Notes: generated by a model not told the origin, from the letters alone. Positions 17,162 through 28,764 are shown, counted from the stretch's first letter. The stretch is 64,000 nucleotides of DNA from a bacterium (GCA_043827085.1 JBDRPO010000004.1:2847-66846), one strand, 5' to 3'. Numbers and translations: made by a program.

Positions 17162-18934
17162 TTATTGTGCTCCCGTTCCTCGCAAAAACACGCTTGCCCA
17201 AGGTCTGTACGTCGTCGAGAACGTTTTGTCCTGAATAGTTTCCCCATCTCGCACTACCTTGTACTCAAAACTAGCCTTCGCTCCCGCTGCCGCCCAGTCT
17301 ATTTGTTTCGTCGTCCCTGCAGGAAGTGAAGGATCATCTTGGTAAATTGTTGGGAGGGGAGGGGTAATTCCCCAAACTTTATGGTTCTCAATCGTTGCCA
17401 CTCGCCCGTCGCTCGTTCCATAAATCTCGATCACTAAATGTAATGCCTTGGGATCATTAATTGTCTGAATCAGAATATGCCCCGGCGTATCGTTTTTAAA
17501 CCGGAAATCTTTAGATGGTGCAATCACCGTCGCGTCGACCCCTGGCTTACTATCGAGTTCATAATAAGACACTCGGTACGCGTGTCCCCAGCGCTCGATT
17601 ATCGGCAGTCCTGCGCTTATTACAGCTCGAAACATAGTGGTCGATACTTGGCAAAGTCCCCCGCCATCCCCCAGGACCGTCCGGCCAGCCGAAATAATAT
17701 ATGCTGGTCGATACCCCGTTGCCGAGGACACCTCTCCCACCATTTTATTAAAACTAACTTCCTCTCCAGGCGCAAACAAAGTGCTATTGATGCGCGACGA
17801 GGCAAGTGCCACATTATAAATCCGATTCGGGATGGAATGTTGGTAATACGACTCGCCCCGCCCGATCCGCTCACGTATCCCTAGTTCATTCACTTTTTCT
17901 GTCGTCACCTTGGGTGGTGTCCTAGTGGCTGCAACCTCTATTGTCTCACTTTTACTCTTTCCCTCAAGTAAATTCTTAATTCCAGTTTGAATCCTCACTG
18001 CCGTCTCCTGATCACCAACAGTTATCCCGTCCCTCCCCGGTGCAAACTCTTTTACCTTTCCCCCAATAAACTCAAATTTTGCGTCCTGAGACTCCTTATT
18101 TAAGCTATCACCAAGTCCCACCACATAACCATTTACTATCGCCATATCCACCTCTTCTATCCCTCCTTCAGTCGAGAGAAAAGGTATTAGTTCTTTCCCA
18201 CCGAGAGAAATTTTTTCATCATCAAGCGTCATCACCATGCTTACTTGTGCCAAAGTCTCCGCTCTTGCCGTCAGCTCGGAGAGCTTCTCACTGGTGAGCC
18301 TCCTCTCTGCAATTTTTGTTGGGACAGCGATATCTTCGCTTCCTAGTTTGCTATAAACACTCCGTATTTCCTGGTCAAACATCTCGCTGTCCAAGACTAC
18401 TCCGTCGCTCCCATTGGTTACCCTTACCTTCTGCCCCACTATCTCAATCGTTGGTTCAACCGGCACGATCTCAATCGCCAAGCTTATTTCATTGATAAGC
18501 CCTTCCATTTTTTCTGTCTTCCCCTCCGCAATTTTGAGTGGGTAGCTTGTTTTCTTATTAATGAGTAAAAGTAAATAGTCTTCAATCTGTACTCGTCGTC
18601 CATAGTGGTAAGCCTCATTTAGTGTGTCATCGACTTCAAAATTAACCGATTCTTTTGGTGTTTCCCAACTGCTCCCATTAAAAACCAACTTCGCTTGATA
18701 ATTTTGAGTAGCCTCCAATATCCTTACTCGTGCCTGCTCTCTGGTCAGTCCAGCAACAGAGACCCCCGCCACCTCGATTCTCGGGTAAAACTTAGTGTGG
18801 TAGGTAAGTCTGGCAACCGCCACAAGTGTCATTATCCCAACAAGCATCCCCAATAAAAAATACCCAACAATCTTCCCGTGCCCCCAACGAAGCCCAAAAA
18901 GCGAAGTAGGGTTAGCTTGTTTCGTTTTCTTCAT
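17162..18934 (-). CDS. VanW-family protein (peptidoglycan-associated, N-terminal TM anchor)
   Basis: C-terminal VanW domain (PGEEVSFNKMVGEVSSATGYRPAYIISAGRTVLGDGGGLCQVSTTMFRAV) and one N-terminal TM helix. Confidence 0.8.
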   Translation of the reverse strand: MKKTKQANPTSLFGLRWGHGKIVGYFLLGMLVGIMTLVAVARLTYHTKFYPRIEVAGVSVAGLTREQARVRILEATQNYQAKLVFNGSSWETPKESVNFEVDDTLNEAYHYGRRVQIEDYLLLLINKKTSYPLKIAEGKTEKMEGLINEISLAIEIVPVEPTIEIVGQKVRVTNGSDGVVLDSEMFDQEIRSVYSKLGSEDIAVPTKIAERRLTSEKLSELTARAETLAQVSMVMTLDDEKISLGGKELIPFLSTEGGIEEVDMAIVNGYVVGLGDSLNKESQDAKFEFIGGKVKEFAPGRDGITVGDQETAVRIQTGIKNLLEGKSKSETIEVAATRTPPKVTTEKVNELGIRERIGRGESYYQHSIPNRIYNVALASSRINSTLFAPGEEVSFNKMVGEVSSATGYRPAYIISAGRTVLGDGGGLCQVSTTMFRAVISAGLPIIERWGHAYRVSYYELDSKPGVDATVIAPSKDFRFKNDTPGHILIQTINDPKALHLVIEIYGTSDGRVATIENHKVWGITPPLPTIYQDDPSLPAGTTKQIDWAAAGAKASFEYKVVRDGETIQDKTFSTTYRPWASVFLRGTGAQ

Positions 18935-18952
18935 CTCTGCTATTATGGTATC

Positions 18953-20461
18953 ATGCCAAAATTTCCTGATCCTACCAAAGACTACGGTGGCACACCCATG
19001 ACTGGCTCTATCGACTTATCTGCCGAAGCATCGGCGAAGGAGGCGGACATCCCCCCCACCCCGCTCTATCAAGCTCCAGAACCGACCGCCGCTCCCACTC
19101 CCGAACCGGCCCCCACACCTGGCAACCAAAGCGCCGGAACACCAGAAAATCAAACTCCCAAATCGTCGATTTCCAGTTCTCCGTTCCGCAATATGATGCC
19201 GATCTTAATCGGAGGTGGTGCCCTCATCCTTTTACTAGTCCTAGGGTTTACCATCGTTCCCAAATTCTTTAAAAAAGCCGAACCCATCACTCTCAACTAT
19301 TGGGGCCTTTGGGAATCAAGCTCCGTTATGCAAACCGTCATTGCCGACTACGAGAGTCAGAATCCAACCGTCAAAATCAACTACACCATGCAGAATATCA
19401 AAAACTATCGCTCGCGCTTTCTCACCGCCGGCACCCAGGGGAGTTCACCCGATATTGTTCGCATTCACAATACCTGGCTTCCCATGCTCAAAAAAAATCT
19501 CGCCCCCGCTCCCGATACAGTACTCACAACCAGTGATCTAAGTAGCTACTACCCCATCGTCCAAAAAAACTTCGTCAGTGGCGGCAAAATCTACGCCCTC
19601 CCGCTTGAAATTGACGGGCTAGCTCTCCTTTATAACGAAGATATCTTTAATGAAGCGGGTGCGACTCCTCCCTCCGACTGGAACACGCTGAGGAAACTTG
19701 CCTTTGACTTGACCAAAATCAACGCCGAAACCAAAATTATCGAACGCGCAGGGGTAGCGCTCGGTACCACCAACAATGTCGAACACTGGTCCGACATCTT
19801 GGGTCTCCTGATCCTCCAAAACTCCGGCAATCCAGGGAAACCCACCGACACTGCCGTTCAAGACGCTCTCACTTTCTACACCATCGTTTCCACCCAAGAC
19901 AAATCATGGGACTCTAGCCAACCCAACTCTGTCTATGCCTTTGCGACCGGTACCGTTGCCATGATCTTGGCTCCGTCCTGGCAAGTCTCCGAAATCAAAG
20001 CTATTAATCCTGATCTCCACTTTAAAGTCGCTCCCGCTCCCGTTTTGCCTTCTGCTAACTATGCCTGGGCTTCATATTGGGGTGAGGCAGTGCCACTCAC
20101 TAGTAAAAATCCTGAAGCTGCCTGGAAATTTATCAAATACCTAAGTACCCCCGAAGTCCTCCAAAAAATGTACGCCGGCGCCAGCCAAATCCGCGCTCTT
20201 GGCGAGCCTTACCCACTCACGAGTCTCAGCAGTACTTTAGCTAGCGACCCACTAGCAGGAGCATATGTTACTCAGGGTCCAAACTATGTGTCCTGGTATC
20301 TTGCCGACCGCACCTACGACGATGGGGTCAATACCGAATTTAGTAAGTACTACGAAGACGCCGTAAACGCCATCAATGATGGTTCGACTGTCGGGAGCAT
20401 CCTCAAAACTCTCGACGAAGGCATAGCCCAAGTTTCCGCCAAGTACCCCGAGGCAAAATGA
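18953..20461 (+). CDS. Extracellular solute-binding protein (ABC transporter substrate-binding protein, family 1-like), orphan
   Basis: N-terminal TM/signal anchor followed by an SBP fold (LNYWGLWESS...DIVRIHNTWLPMLKKNL). A family C repeat is in frame near the N-terminus (SAEASAKEA). No adjacent permease or ATPase gene. Confidence 0.65.
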   Translation: MPKFPDPTKDYGGTPMTGSIDLSAEASAKEADIPPTPLYQAPEPTAAPTPEPAPTPGNQSAGTPENQTPKSSISSSPFRNMMPILIGGGALILLLVLGFTIVPKFFKKAEPITLNYWGLWESSSVMQTVIADYESQNPTVKINYTMQNIKNYRSRFLTAGTQGSSPDIVRIHNTWLPMLKKNLAPAPDTVLTTSDLSSYYPIVQKNFVSGGKIYALPLEIDGLALLYNEDIFNEAGATPPSDWNTLRKLAFDLTKINAETKIIERAGVALGTTNNVEHWSDILGLLILQNSGNPGKPTDTAVQDALTFYTIVSTQDKSWDSSQPNSVYAFATGTVAMILAPSWQVSEIKAINPDLHFKVAPAPVLPSANYAWASYWGEAVPLTSKNPEAAWKFIKYLSTPEVLQKMYAGASQIRALGEPYPLTSLSSTLASDPLAGAYVTQGPNYVSWYLADRTYDDGVNTEFSKYYEDAVNAINDGSTVGSILKTLDEGIAQVSAKYPEAK

Positions 20462-21411
20462 AGTCCGTATCCAAGGGGACCGTCCTTAAAAGGAATTCCC
20501 GGCTGCAAGCCGAGAAGGGCTCGTCGGCGGACGGAAGGACAGTCCCCAATGTAACCCTTTCGATTCTCCAAACACTAAAGTATAGCGATCACTTTGACTT
20601 TCCCCTGACCGCTAGTGAAATCTACACTCGCCTTATTGAGATTAAAGCCTCGCGTTCCCAAATCGAGGCTACTCTTTCCGAGCTTTGCCGCTCAAAGAAA
20701 ATTGGCAAAACCAAAAACTCCTACCATCTCCCCCATCGTGAAACTCTTGTTTCCCGCCGTCTCAAATGCGCCAAACTATCCAAGCCTCTGCTTGCCCGTG
20801 CACGAAAACTATCATCTAAAATCTCACATCTAAAATCTATTCTTGCCATCTACTTGACGGGCTCTCTCGCCGTAGGCAACACTGACAGAGACTCCGATAT
20901 AGATTTGATGATTATTACCAAACCAGGTCGTCTATGGACCACCCGCCTCCTCCTCACTCTCTATACCACTCTACTTAATCTTCGCCGCACTCCACATTCC
21001 CTCAATAATTCAGGCAAGCTCTGTCTCAACCTCTACTTAACTCCAAATGCCTATCTGCTCCCTCCTGATCGAAGGTCACTCTATACAGCCTACGAACTCA
21101 TCCAAGCCGTCCCGCTCCACGATCCTATGGATACTCACTCCGCTCTCCTGTCCGCCAACTCTTGGATTCACAATTACCTGCCCAATGCGATCACAGGGTC
21201 TGACCTTGAAGGAAGTGCCCAACCCCGCCCTTACAGCGAGCGGGGAAGGTCAGACCCTATCGGAAACTTACTTGAATCTCTCGTCTATCATCTGCAATTT
21301 CTCTACATGCGCCCCCGCATCACTCGCGAATATGTGACCAAAGACTCTGCCTTCTTCCACCCCCACAATCCAGGCGAAATTGTAATAAATAAGCTTTCTA
21401 GGCTAATTTGA
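20458..21411 (+). CDS. Nucleotidyltransferase-domain protein (winged helix + Pol-beta-type NTase)
   Basis: GSLAVGNTDRDSDIDLMII is the G[SG]x9-13Dh[DE] NTase motif. The N-terminus carries an in-frame 84-bp family B repeat (20470-20553) and a second repeat at 21205-21250. Confidence 0.5.
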   Translation: MKSVSKGTVLKRNSRLQAEKGSSADGRTVPNVTLSILQTLKYSDHFDFPLTASEIYTRLIEIKASRSQIEATLSELCRSKKIGKTKNSYHLPHRETLVSRRLKCAKLSKPLLARARKLSSKISHLKSILAIYLTGSLAVGNTDRDSDIDLMIITKPGRLWTTRLLLTLYTTLLNLRRTPHSLNNSGKLCLNLYLTPNAYLLPPDRRSLYTAYELIQAVPLHDPMDTHSALLSANSWIHNYLPNAITGSDLEGSAQPRPYSERGRSDPIGNLLESLVYHLQFLYMRPRITREYVTKDSAFFHPHNPGEIVINKLSRLI

Positions 21412-21456
21412 CAAAAATAGTACAATCAACTCATAACAAATTATTGGAGGACAAAT

Positions 21457-21717
21457 ATGACATTATTACCCGAATTGATTAAGCTTAGTTTAGCAGCAGC
21501 GCATTTGTTCGGTGGAGGAGATGTCAACACCAATGCACAAAGTAAAATTGATACCCATGCCCAAGAAGCTACTATCAATGAAGTTGTTACTACAGCTCCT
21601 TTTCAAATTGGGCTCGATAGGGAGCTTGTCATTTCTGGATACTATTATCACAATGGGAAATATTATCGAATCCAAGTTGAAGAACCACGTCATCACAGGG
21701 ATGACGACAATCATTAA
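21457..21717 (+). CDS. Small hypothetical protein (possible GG-leader peptide)
   Basis: Strong ribosome-binding site (GGAGGAcaaatATG), AT-rich context, and an N-terminal ...HLFGGG motif. Confidence 0.3.
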   Translation: MTLLPELIKLSLAAAHLFGGGDVNTNAQSKIDTHAQEATINEVVTTAPFQIGLDRELVISGYYYHNGKYYRIQVEEPRHHRDDDNH

Positions 21718-21756
21718 CTCTCAGAGTTAACCTTCAAACGCTGCTAAAATACTCTC

Positions 21757-22326
21757 ATGTTCTACACCATTTCTTCCATTGGTCCCGTCTGCCGTAAGCT
21801 GCATGCCGCAGGCTGTAAGCTGGTCCTCGCGACCGGCTTCTTTGACCTCCTCCACGCCGAGCACATTAAGTTTTTAGCGAAAGCCAAAGCCGCCGGCGAT
21901 ATCTTAATTGTCGCCGTCGAATCCGACGAACGAGCTCGGGTACTAAAAGGGGAGGGACGCCCCATCGAGCCCCAACCAGTTCGTTGTCAACATCTCCTTG
22001 ATCTCCGTAGCCCAGGGTCCGACCTGCTAAGGAGACGACCAATGGGAGTGTTTAGTCGAGCCCGCTCAGCGGGTGAGACCAGGTCGGACCCTCAAAGCAC
22101 ATTAGTTGATTATGTAATTTCTCTCCCCCCCGATTTCAACAACTTCGCCTCCTACGACTCCCTTATGTCTGCCGTTCGCCCACAAGTCTACGCCGTCTCG
22201 GCCCACACTTCTCACCAGAAAAGTAAAGATTTTCTCGTCGAAAAATATGGAGGTAAACTCCTTGTCGTCCATGACTTCAATCCTGCTATCTCCACCACCC
22301 AAATTATTCAAAACACTAGAATCTAA
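21757..22326 (+). CDS. Cytidylyltransferase-like nucleotidyltransferase (RfaE domain II / glycerol-3-phosphate cytidylyltransferase-like)
   Basis: N-terminal GFFDLLHAEHIKFL (HxGH nucleotidyltransferase motif). An ~85-bp palindromic insert (GGGTCCGACCTG...CAGGTCGGACCC) is in frame at 22013-22100. Confidence 0.55.
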   Translation: MFYTISSIGPVCRKLHAAGCKLVLATGFFDLLHAEHIKFLAKAKAAGDILIVAVESDERARVLKGEGRPIEPQPVRCQHLLDLRSPGSDLLRRRPMGVFSRARSAGETRSDPQSTLVDYVISLPPDFNNFASYDSLMSAVRPQVYAVSAHTSHQKSKDFLVEKYGGKLLVVHDFNPAISTTQIIQNTRI

Positions 22327-22349
22327 CATCTATCGTCTATAATCTATTT

Positions 22350-23156
22350 ATGTTTGAAACCTATATCTACGCTCCTTTCTTCAATATTCTCGTCGGTCTC
22401 TATGAGATCTTGGGTGGAATCTCTCCAGACCTGGCCGACATGGGTATTGCGGTCATTATTTTCTCGATAGTTGTTCGTATTATCATGTTCCCACTTACCA
22501 TCATGGGTGAACGCTCCGAAGAAGAAAAGCGGAAGATCACCACAAAAATTGAAGAACTAAAACGCACTTACTCTCACGAACCAGTAAAACTCCGCGCCGA
22601 GATCAAACTCGTCATGCGCGACAACTTTAAACGAGTTTTCGCGACCACTTTTGAGCTCTTTGTGGGTCTCGCCATCATTCTCATGCTTTATCGCATCTTC
22701 ACGACCGGCCTTGAGGGTGCCGACTTCTATCTCCTCTACGACTTTATCCCTCGTCCAGACCACATTAACTTGATGTTTCTCGGCAAATACGATCTTAGCC
22801 ACACCAACAACACCCTCAACCTCATCCAGTCCATCATGATCTGTGTGGTTGAGGTTTTGTCCGCTCTCCGCTCTCCCTTTCCCGTTTCCCGGAAAGAAAA
22901 AATCCTTCTTCAACTTGTTCTCCCCGTCGGCTCCTATATTATCTTTATGTTTCTCCCCGCCGGTAAAAAAATCTTTCTGATTACTTCCCTCGCCTGGTCT
23001 GCCGTCTACCAATCAATCAGACTCATCCAAGATTGGGGTAATAAACTCTTAACTCGCTTCACACCAACTATTCAGACTGCAATTCCCACACCAGTTAACA
23101 ACGCGCCGTCAGAGGGTCAGACCTTGACGGAAGCGCCCACCCCGACCTCAAAATAA
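22350..23156 (+). CDS. Second YidC/Oxa1-family membrane insertase paralogue
   Basis: APFFNILVGLYEILG...GIAVIIFSIVVRIIMFPLT is the hallmark YidC TM1-2 region. The C-terminal ~20 aa come from a palindromic repeat (23093-23156). Confidence 0.7.
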   Translation: MFETYIYAPFFNILVGLYEILGGISPDLADMGIAVIIFSIVVRIIMFPLTIMGERSEEEKRKITTKIEELKRTYSHEPVKLRAEIKLVMRDNFKRVFATTFELFVGLAIILMLYRIFTTGLEGADFYLLYDFIPRPDHINLMFLGKYDLSHTNNTLNLIQSIMICVVEVLSALRSPFPVSRKEKILLQLVLPVGSYIIFMFLPAGKKIFLITSLAWSAVYQSIRLIQDWGNKLLTRFTPTIQTAIPTPVNNAPSEGQTLTEAPTPTSK

Positions 23157-23237
23157 ATCAGGAGGGAGGGTCTGACCCTATGGGTACTAGAGACCATCGA
23201 GCTTGCAATCCATCATTCGTGTTAGAATATCTATGCT

Positions 23238-23789
23238 ATGTTTGACAATCTAGTAGTCTCGTTTCTGGCTGATGAGGTGGTTGGCGGGTTTTTTATCTCC
23301 GTCCCCCCTGGCCATATTGCTTGTATCTATGACCGCGGCCGCGGCGTCCTCAAGCAAGTTTATGGCCCAGGCCTCCACCTGAAGATTCCTTTCTGGCAAG
23401 TCGCTAAACTCTTTAACGCCCAGGTCCTCGAGTATACGATCCACAAGGGCTTTGACTTGAGCAATAAAGAAATCTTGGGTGACGAGCCCATCAAATCCAC
23501 CACCAAAGACGGGGTAGGAGTTGTTGTTGAAGGCTCCATCCTCTTTAAAATCGACAAAGCTAATGCCCCCGAACTCTGGGAAAACATCGGCGAGCACTTT
23601 GTTAGTAAAGTCATCCGCCCCTTTAGTCGGAGCAAAATCTCTGCCATTTTTGCGACCGTCGATGCAAACGTCGTCAAAAACTCCCGCGCTAGCCTGGAAA
23701 AGACACTTAAAGATGAGCTGAACTCCGAGTTCGAGAACCGCGGCTTGATTTGCGAAGGCGTCCTCTTGTCCGAAGTGACCGTCGGTTAA
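23238..23789 (+). CDS. SPFH/band-7 domain protein (HflC/K-like, short)
   Basis: LKIPFWQ..V....Q..E and downstream SPFH-like segments. Only 183 aa, so it may be truncated. Confidence 0.55.
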   Translation: MFDNLVVSFLADEVVGGFFISVPPGHIACIYDRGRGVLKQVYGPGLHLKIPFWQVAKLFNAQVLEYTIHKGFDLSNKEILGDEPIKSTTKDGVGVVVEGSILFKIDKANAPELWENIGEHFVSKVIRPFSRSKISAIFATVDANVVKNSRASLEKTLKDELNSEFENRGLICEGVLLSEVTVG

Positions 23790-24937
23790 ATTATCCCGAG
23801 CTTTTTCCCCACTTTAATAAACGCTGCAATTCCCGTATCCAGATCTTCCTTTGAGTGTGCCGAGGAGGGCATTACGCGAATTCTCGCCTTCCCCATCGCG
23901 ACCATGGGGAATTTAATGGGTGTTGCAAATACTCCTTCATTAAATAGCTCGCGCGAAAAATCGATCGATTTTTGCTCGTCCCCAATCATGACGGGTGTGA
24001 TTGGCGTCTCAGACACTCCGGTATTAAATCCTGCATTTTTAAACTGAGCCTTAAGATAGTCTCCATTTTCCCATAGTTTCTTTACGAGCTCATCCGACGA
24101 CTCTAGTATCTCCACGCCGGCAATCAGTGCCGCCGCGTCCGGGATCGAGATCCCAGTAGAGAACAAAAACTGCCTGGCTTTTGTGCGCAAGTAATCAATG
24201 AGTTGTTTCTTCCCTGCAATCACTCCTCCCACTACCCCAAAAGCTTTGGATAGTGTTCCGACCTCCACATCCACTTGTCCATGGAGTTTAAAATGTTCGA
24301 CGATCCCTCGTCCGTTTCCAAGTACTCCCTCCCCATGCGCATCGTCCACCACCGTGATCGCATTGTATTTTTTGGCAAGCTCCACGATTTTCGGTAAGGG
24401 GGCAATATCTCCATCCATCGAAAACACTCCATCGGTAACAATCATCACTTGTTTGTCTGTAGTTCCGATCTCCTGAAGCTTCTTTTCCAAATCTTTCATA
24501 TCGTTGTGTTTATAAATAAACTTGTTCTTAATCCCCGCGAGCCGTATCGCATCAATAATCGAAGCGTGATTTAGTTCGTCCGACACTATATAGTCCTCTT
24601 TGGTCATGAGTGTTTGCACGGCCACCAAATTGGCAATATATCCACCTTGCAAAACAAGCGCCGCCTCGACATTTTTGAACTTAGCGAGTTTGGTCTCTAG
24701 TTCCTCATGTAGCTTCGTATTTCCCGATAGTGCCCGCACCGCCCCCGGTCCTACTCCATATTTTTCAATCGCGAGAGTCGCCGCCTTACCAACTCGCGCA
24801 TCCCCCGCGAGTCCCAAATAGTTATTTGAACATAGGTTTAATACTTTTTTCCCATTCACCACTATCCAGGCCCCCTGTGGGGACTCAACCACTCTTTTAT
24901 CTGGCACTACTAGCGTAGGATCTTCCCATGGTCTCAT
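23786..24937 (-). CDS. kbl: Glycine C-acetyltransferase (2-amino-3-ketobutyrate CoA ligase)
   Basis: PLP-dependent class II aminotransferase: VFSMDGD...DDAHG...GTLSKAFG (Lys-PLP). Assigned Kbl rather than BioF because it sits immediately downstream of tdh. Confidence 0.8.
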   Translation of the reverse strand: MRPWEDPTLVVPDKRVVESPQGAWIVVNGKKVLNLCSNNYLGLAGDARVGKAATLAIEKYGVGPGAVRALSGNTKLHEELETKLAKFKNVEAALVLQGGYIANLVAVQTLMTKEDYIVSDELNHASIIDAIRLAGIKNKFIYKHNDMKDLEKKLQEIGTTDKQVMIVTDGVFSMDGDIAPLPKIVELAKKYNAITVVDDAHGEGVLGNGRGIVEHFKLHGQVDVEVGTLSKAFGVVGGVIAGKKQLIDYLRTKARQFLFSTGISIPDAAALIAGVEILESSDELVKKLWENGDYLKAQFKNAGFNTGVSETPITPVMIGDEQKSIDFSRELFNEGVFATPIKFPMVAMGKARIRVMPSSAHSKEDLDTGIAAFIKVGKKLGII

Positions 24938-24986
24938 TGTTCTGTCCTCCGATATCCTATATTACTAACTCCTATATTACTATTTC

Positions 24987-26012
24987 TCATGGCGTCAGCA
25001 CGATCTTGCCACTTTGTCCCGACTTCATAATTTTCATCGCCTCTTCAAACTCTGCAAGCTTAAAACGGTGTGTGATAATTGGATCTAAATTTATCTTACC
25101 CGACTTTAGCAACCTAGTCGTTTCTTCCCACGTCTCCCAAATATGTCGCCCAAAAGCCGAAAGAATTGTCAGCTCCTTATTTATCATATACTTCCCCCAA
25201 TCAACGGAGATTGGAGTTTTGGGGATCCCAAAAGCCATTAAAGTCCCCGCAATTCGCACCACATCAAATGCGCGCGCGATTGCCGCTGGATATCCTGACA
25301 TATCGATTACTACATCTATAGCATTGTCATATTCTTTTGGTAACTCAGCATAAACTTTGTCACACCCCATTTTTAATCCCAAATTTCGTCGGTACTCTAC
25401 TGGATCTACTCCTACTATCTCCGCTGCCCCGTTCGCCTTTGCAACTCCAGAAGCCGCCAGCCCCGTCGGCCCCATCCCAAATATCACCACGCGTTTCCCC
25501 TTTACCCTCGCCATCGTAATTACGTGTACTGCGTTTCCAAATGGCTCCTGCACACTCATCCAGTCAAGTTTAATTGCTGGATCATTTTTCCAGCTTGTCC
25601 GAATTGGCACCGTCGCATACTCAGCAAACCCACCATTTCTCCCGATCCCAAATAATTGCATTTTCTCGCATATATGTCGCCGGTTATTCTGGCACTGATA
25701 GCACTTGCCGCAAAAAATATGCGTTTCTGACGACACTAAGTCTCCAACTTTCAATTGACCATTGACCATTGACCATTGACCATTAATTTCCAGGACCTCT
25801 CCCAAAACTTCGTGTCCGATCACGACTGGCGGCTTGATGTGGTCGGCCGCCCACGGCGTCCAGTCATAGATCCCAATATCCGTCCCACAAATCGACGCTG
25901 CCCTTACCTTTATCAATAACTCGCCGGGTTCAGGGGAGGGGATCGGTATCTGCTTCAGCACGACACCTGGCTCTGCTTTCTCCTTCACGACCGCGAGCAT
26001 CATCTTTTTCAT
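24987..26012 (-). CDS. tdh: L-threonine 3-dehydrogenase (Zn-dependent MDR family)
   Basis: Zn-ADH motifs (CGTD.G, GHEVLGEV, CGKCYQCQ, GMGPTGL Rossmann) upstream of kbl. Contains a perfect (ATTGACC)x4 tandem repeat at 25754-25781. Confidence 0.85.
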   Translation of the reverse strand: MKKMMLAVVKEKAEPGVVLKQIPIPSPEPGELLIKVRAASICGTDIGIYDWTPWAADHIKPPVVIGHEVLGEVLEINGQWSMVNGQLKVGDLVSSETHIFCGKCYQCQNNRRHICEKMQLFGIGRNGGFAEYATVPIRTSWKNDPAIKLDWMSVQEPFGNAVHVITMARVKGKRVVIFGMGPTGLAASGVAKANGAAEIVGVDPVEYRRNLGLKMGCDKVYAELPKEYDNAIDVVIDMSGYPAAIARAFDVVRIAGTLMAFGIPKTPISVDWGKYMINKELTILSAFGRHIWETWEETTRLLKSGKINLDPIITHRFKLAEFEEAMKIMKSGQSGKIVLTP

Positions 26013-26090
26013 ACCTCGCTATTGTAGCAAAGTTATCTATTCTTAGTATTGACACTCAACTATGACTATGGTACTATGACCATAGTCATT

Positions 26091-26330
26091 ATGTTAAAAA
26101 CAACAATTTCTAAATCAGAATTCAAAGCCAAAGCCCTCGAATACATGCGCTTTGTCGAGCAAAACAATCAACCCATTATCGTTACTGACATGGGAACTCC
26201 CGTTATTCAGGTTCAAGTTTTTCAACCAAAATCCAAGAGTGATCCATACGATTATTACCGCGGCAGCGTTCTCAAGTATGTCGGACCCAACAAACCCCTC
26301 GATTTGGAGGATTGGGGAAGATTAAAGTGA
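26091..26330 (+). CDS. Phd/YefM-type antitoxin (partner of the downstream PIN toxin)
   Basis: ~79 aa starting MLKTTISKSEFKAKALEYMRFVEQNNQPIIVT. A 24-bp perfect palindrome (GACTATGGTACTATGACCATAGTC, 26061-26084) just upstream is a likely autoregulatory operator. Confidence 0.5.
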   Translation: MLKTTISKSEFKAKALEYMRFVEQNNQPIIVTDMGTPVIQVQVFQPKSKSDPYDYYRGSVLKYVGPNKPLDLEDWGRLK

Positions 26331-26722
26331 TTCTACTAGACACCAATGCTTTTATTTGGTGGCTGTCTGATCGTGATAAACTCTCAAGTCGCGCACTATC
26401 CTCTATAAATTCACATGCTGTCGACAACAAAATACTCATTTCATCTATGAGTATTTGGGAGATTTGTTTATTAGTCCAAAAAAAACGTATCGACATTCAC
26501 GATTCACTTGAAAACTGGGTAAGCGGTTTAAAGAAACTACCCGATCTGGAATTTATTCCCATTGACAACGATATTGCCTATCAGGCAACTAATTTACCAG
26601 GTATTTTCCATAAAGATCCTGCCGATCGTATTATCGTGGCAACAGCTCGTTTTCTTGGTGCTACCCTCATCACTAGCGATAAACTAATTTTCAGATACAA
26701 ACACGTCAAAACCATTTGGTAG
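26312..26722 (+). CDS. vapC: PIN-domain toxin (VapC family)
   Basis: ILLDTNAFIWW...D.....TAR.......TSD pattern of acidic PIN residues. Overlaps the antitoxin stop. Confidence 0.75.
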   Translation: MGKIKVILLDTNAFIWWLSDRDKLSSRALSSINSHAVDNKILISSMSIWEICLLVQKKRIDIHDSLENWVSGLKKLPDLEFIPIDNDIAYQATNLPGIFHKDPADRIIVATARFLGATLITSDKLIFRYKHVKTIW

Positions 26723-26740
26723 TTATTCGCTTTGATCCAG

Positions 26741-26794
26741 TTGACACGCCGACCTCATTTTCTTACAATAGCACTCGCACAGTACGAGTGATAA
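26741..26794 (+). promoter_or_regulatory. groES promoter (TTGACA-17-TACAAT) overlapping a CIRCE operator (ATAGCACTC-N9-GAGTGATAA)
   Basis: TTGACA 26741-26746, TACAAT 26764-26769, CIRCE 26768-26794 (consensus TTAGCACTC-N9-GAGTGCTAA). Ribosome-binding site AGGAGG at 26810. Confidence 0.75.
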
Positions 26795-26818
26795 TTAATT
26801 ACTTAAACAGGAGGAACT

Positions 26819-28755
<1,937 letters not shown>

Positions 28756-28764
28756 CTTACTAAA

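Noticed and set aside
16985-17329. 114-aa plus-strand ORF spanning the valS start and VanW end
   Set aside because: It overlaps two well-supported minus-strand genes. Its sequence is the reverse-frame read-through of the family A repeat (PSEGQTL) and is not an independent gene.
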